Positions 63,437 to 64,000 of a stretch of DNA of 64,000 bases are shown piece by piece. The notes beneath the pieces are model-generated. The model saw only the letters and a program-made list of their open reading frames with translations. It did not search any database and was not told the origin of the DNA. Numbering within the stretch: the first letter of the stretch is position 1; every line of letters starts with the position of its first letter. The translations under genes were made by a program, and so were the position numbers. The stretch is from Mobula birostris (taxonomy: Eukaryota): NCBI RefSeq assembly GCF_030028105.1, contig NC_092398.1, forward strand, positions 24,319,649 to 24,383,648. The letters run 5' to 3'.

Positions 63437-64000
63437 TAGAATACCTCGTGGGCCCTCAGCCGACCAATATCTCCTGACTACAGACACAGTGGACAGTCGG
63501 CTGCAAATATGGTCAGCACTGGAGGCTTTCCTGTACGCTTCTTCCAATCTCTTAGAACATAGAGCGTAGAACAGTACAGCTCAGGGACAGGCCATTCGGC
63601 CTACTATTGTCGGATCAATTAAATTATTAAATTACTGGCCAATTAATCTAATCCCCTCTGAATACCCAATGTCGATATCCTTCCAATTAGCTCATTTCGC
63701 CGACATAAACATCCCTGAAAAGTCTCTGAGCTATCTGTCTTTACCATCATCCCAGTCAGCGTATACCAAGCACGCACCACTCTCTCTGTGTAAACTACTT
63801 GCCCCTCCCATCTCCCTTGTAATTACGCAGTCTCCTCTTAAATGCATGGCCTTTGGTGTTAGACATTTCAACCTTCGGTAAAATATACTGTTGCTCTGTG
63901 CCTTTCATAACCTACCAAAATTCCATCAGGTCTCCCCTCTCTTTTCGCTGGCCCAGTCTTCATTCGGATACAACAATCCATGGTCTCGTCCACTGTCGAG

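Larger units (their letters stand above)
50370..64000 (+). repeat. Tandem segmental duplication, unit 3 (partial, runs off the window end)
   Basis: Colinear with positions 1-13640 at an offset of ~50360-50369. Confidence 0.97.

Overview
Vertebrate genomic DNA; the repeat content (CR1, Penelope-like elements, V-SINE, a 52-bp minisatellite) suggests a cartilaginous fish, probably a ray, but this is inference. The whole window is a recent head-to-tail tandem array of about 2.5 units: unit 1 (1-23625), unit 2 (23626-50369) and unit 3 (50370-64000, partial). Each unit carries one intact-looking, single-coding-exon chemoattractant-family GPCR (C3aR/FPR/CMKLR-like) with very reduced extracellular loops, a probable non-coding first exon/promoter module, and decayed CR1, L1, RTE and Penelope elements, the last with hammerhead-ribozyme remnants. 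Units 1 and 2 also hold an old endogenous retrovirus. Unit 2 retains the whole provirus (45111-50898): two LTRs, GTCAC target-site duplication, tRNA-Ser PBS, PPT, gag, protease, RT and an env-like remnant. Unit 1 lost 3152 bp including the 5' LTR. Main observations: (i) a 2H-phosphodiesterase-like domain in frame between the retroviral protease and RT; (ii) a GPCR lacking C3.25, the D of DRY and most of ECL2, whose only three inter-copy differences are all non-synonymous, one per extracellular loop; (iii) mosaic divergence between units, suggesting ongoing unequal crossover or gene conversion. Repeat boundaries are approximate, read by eye.
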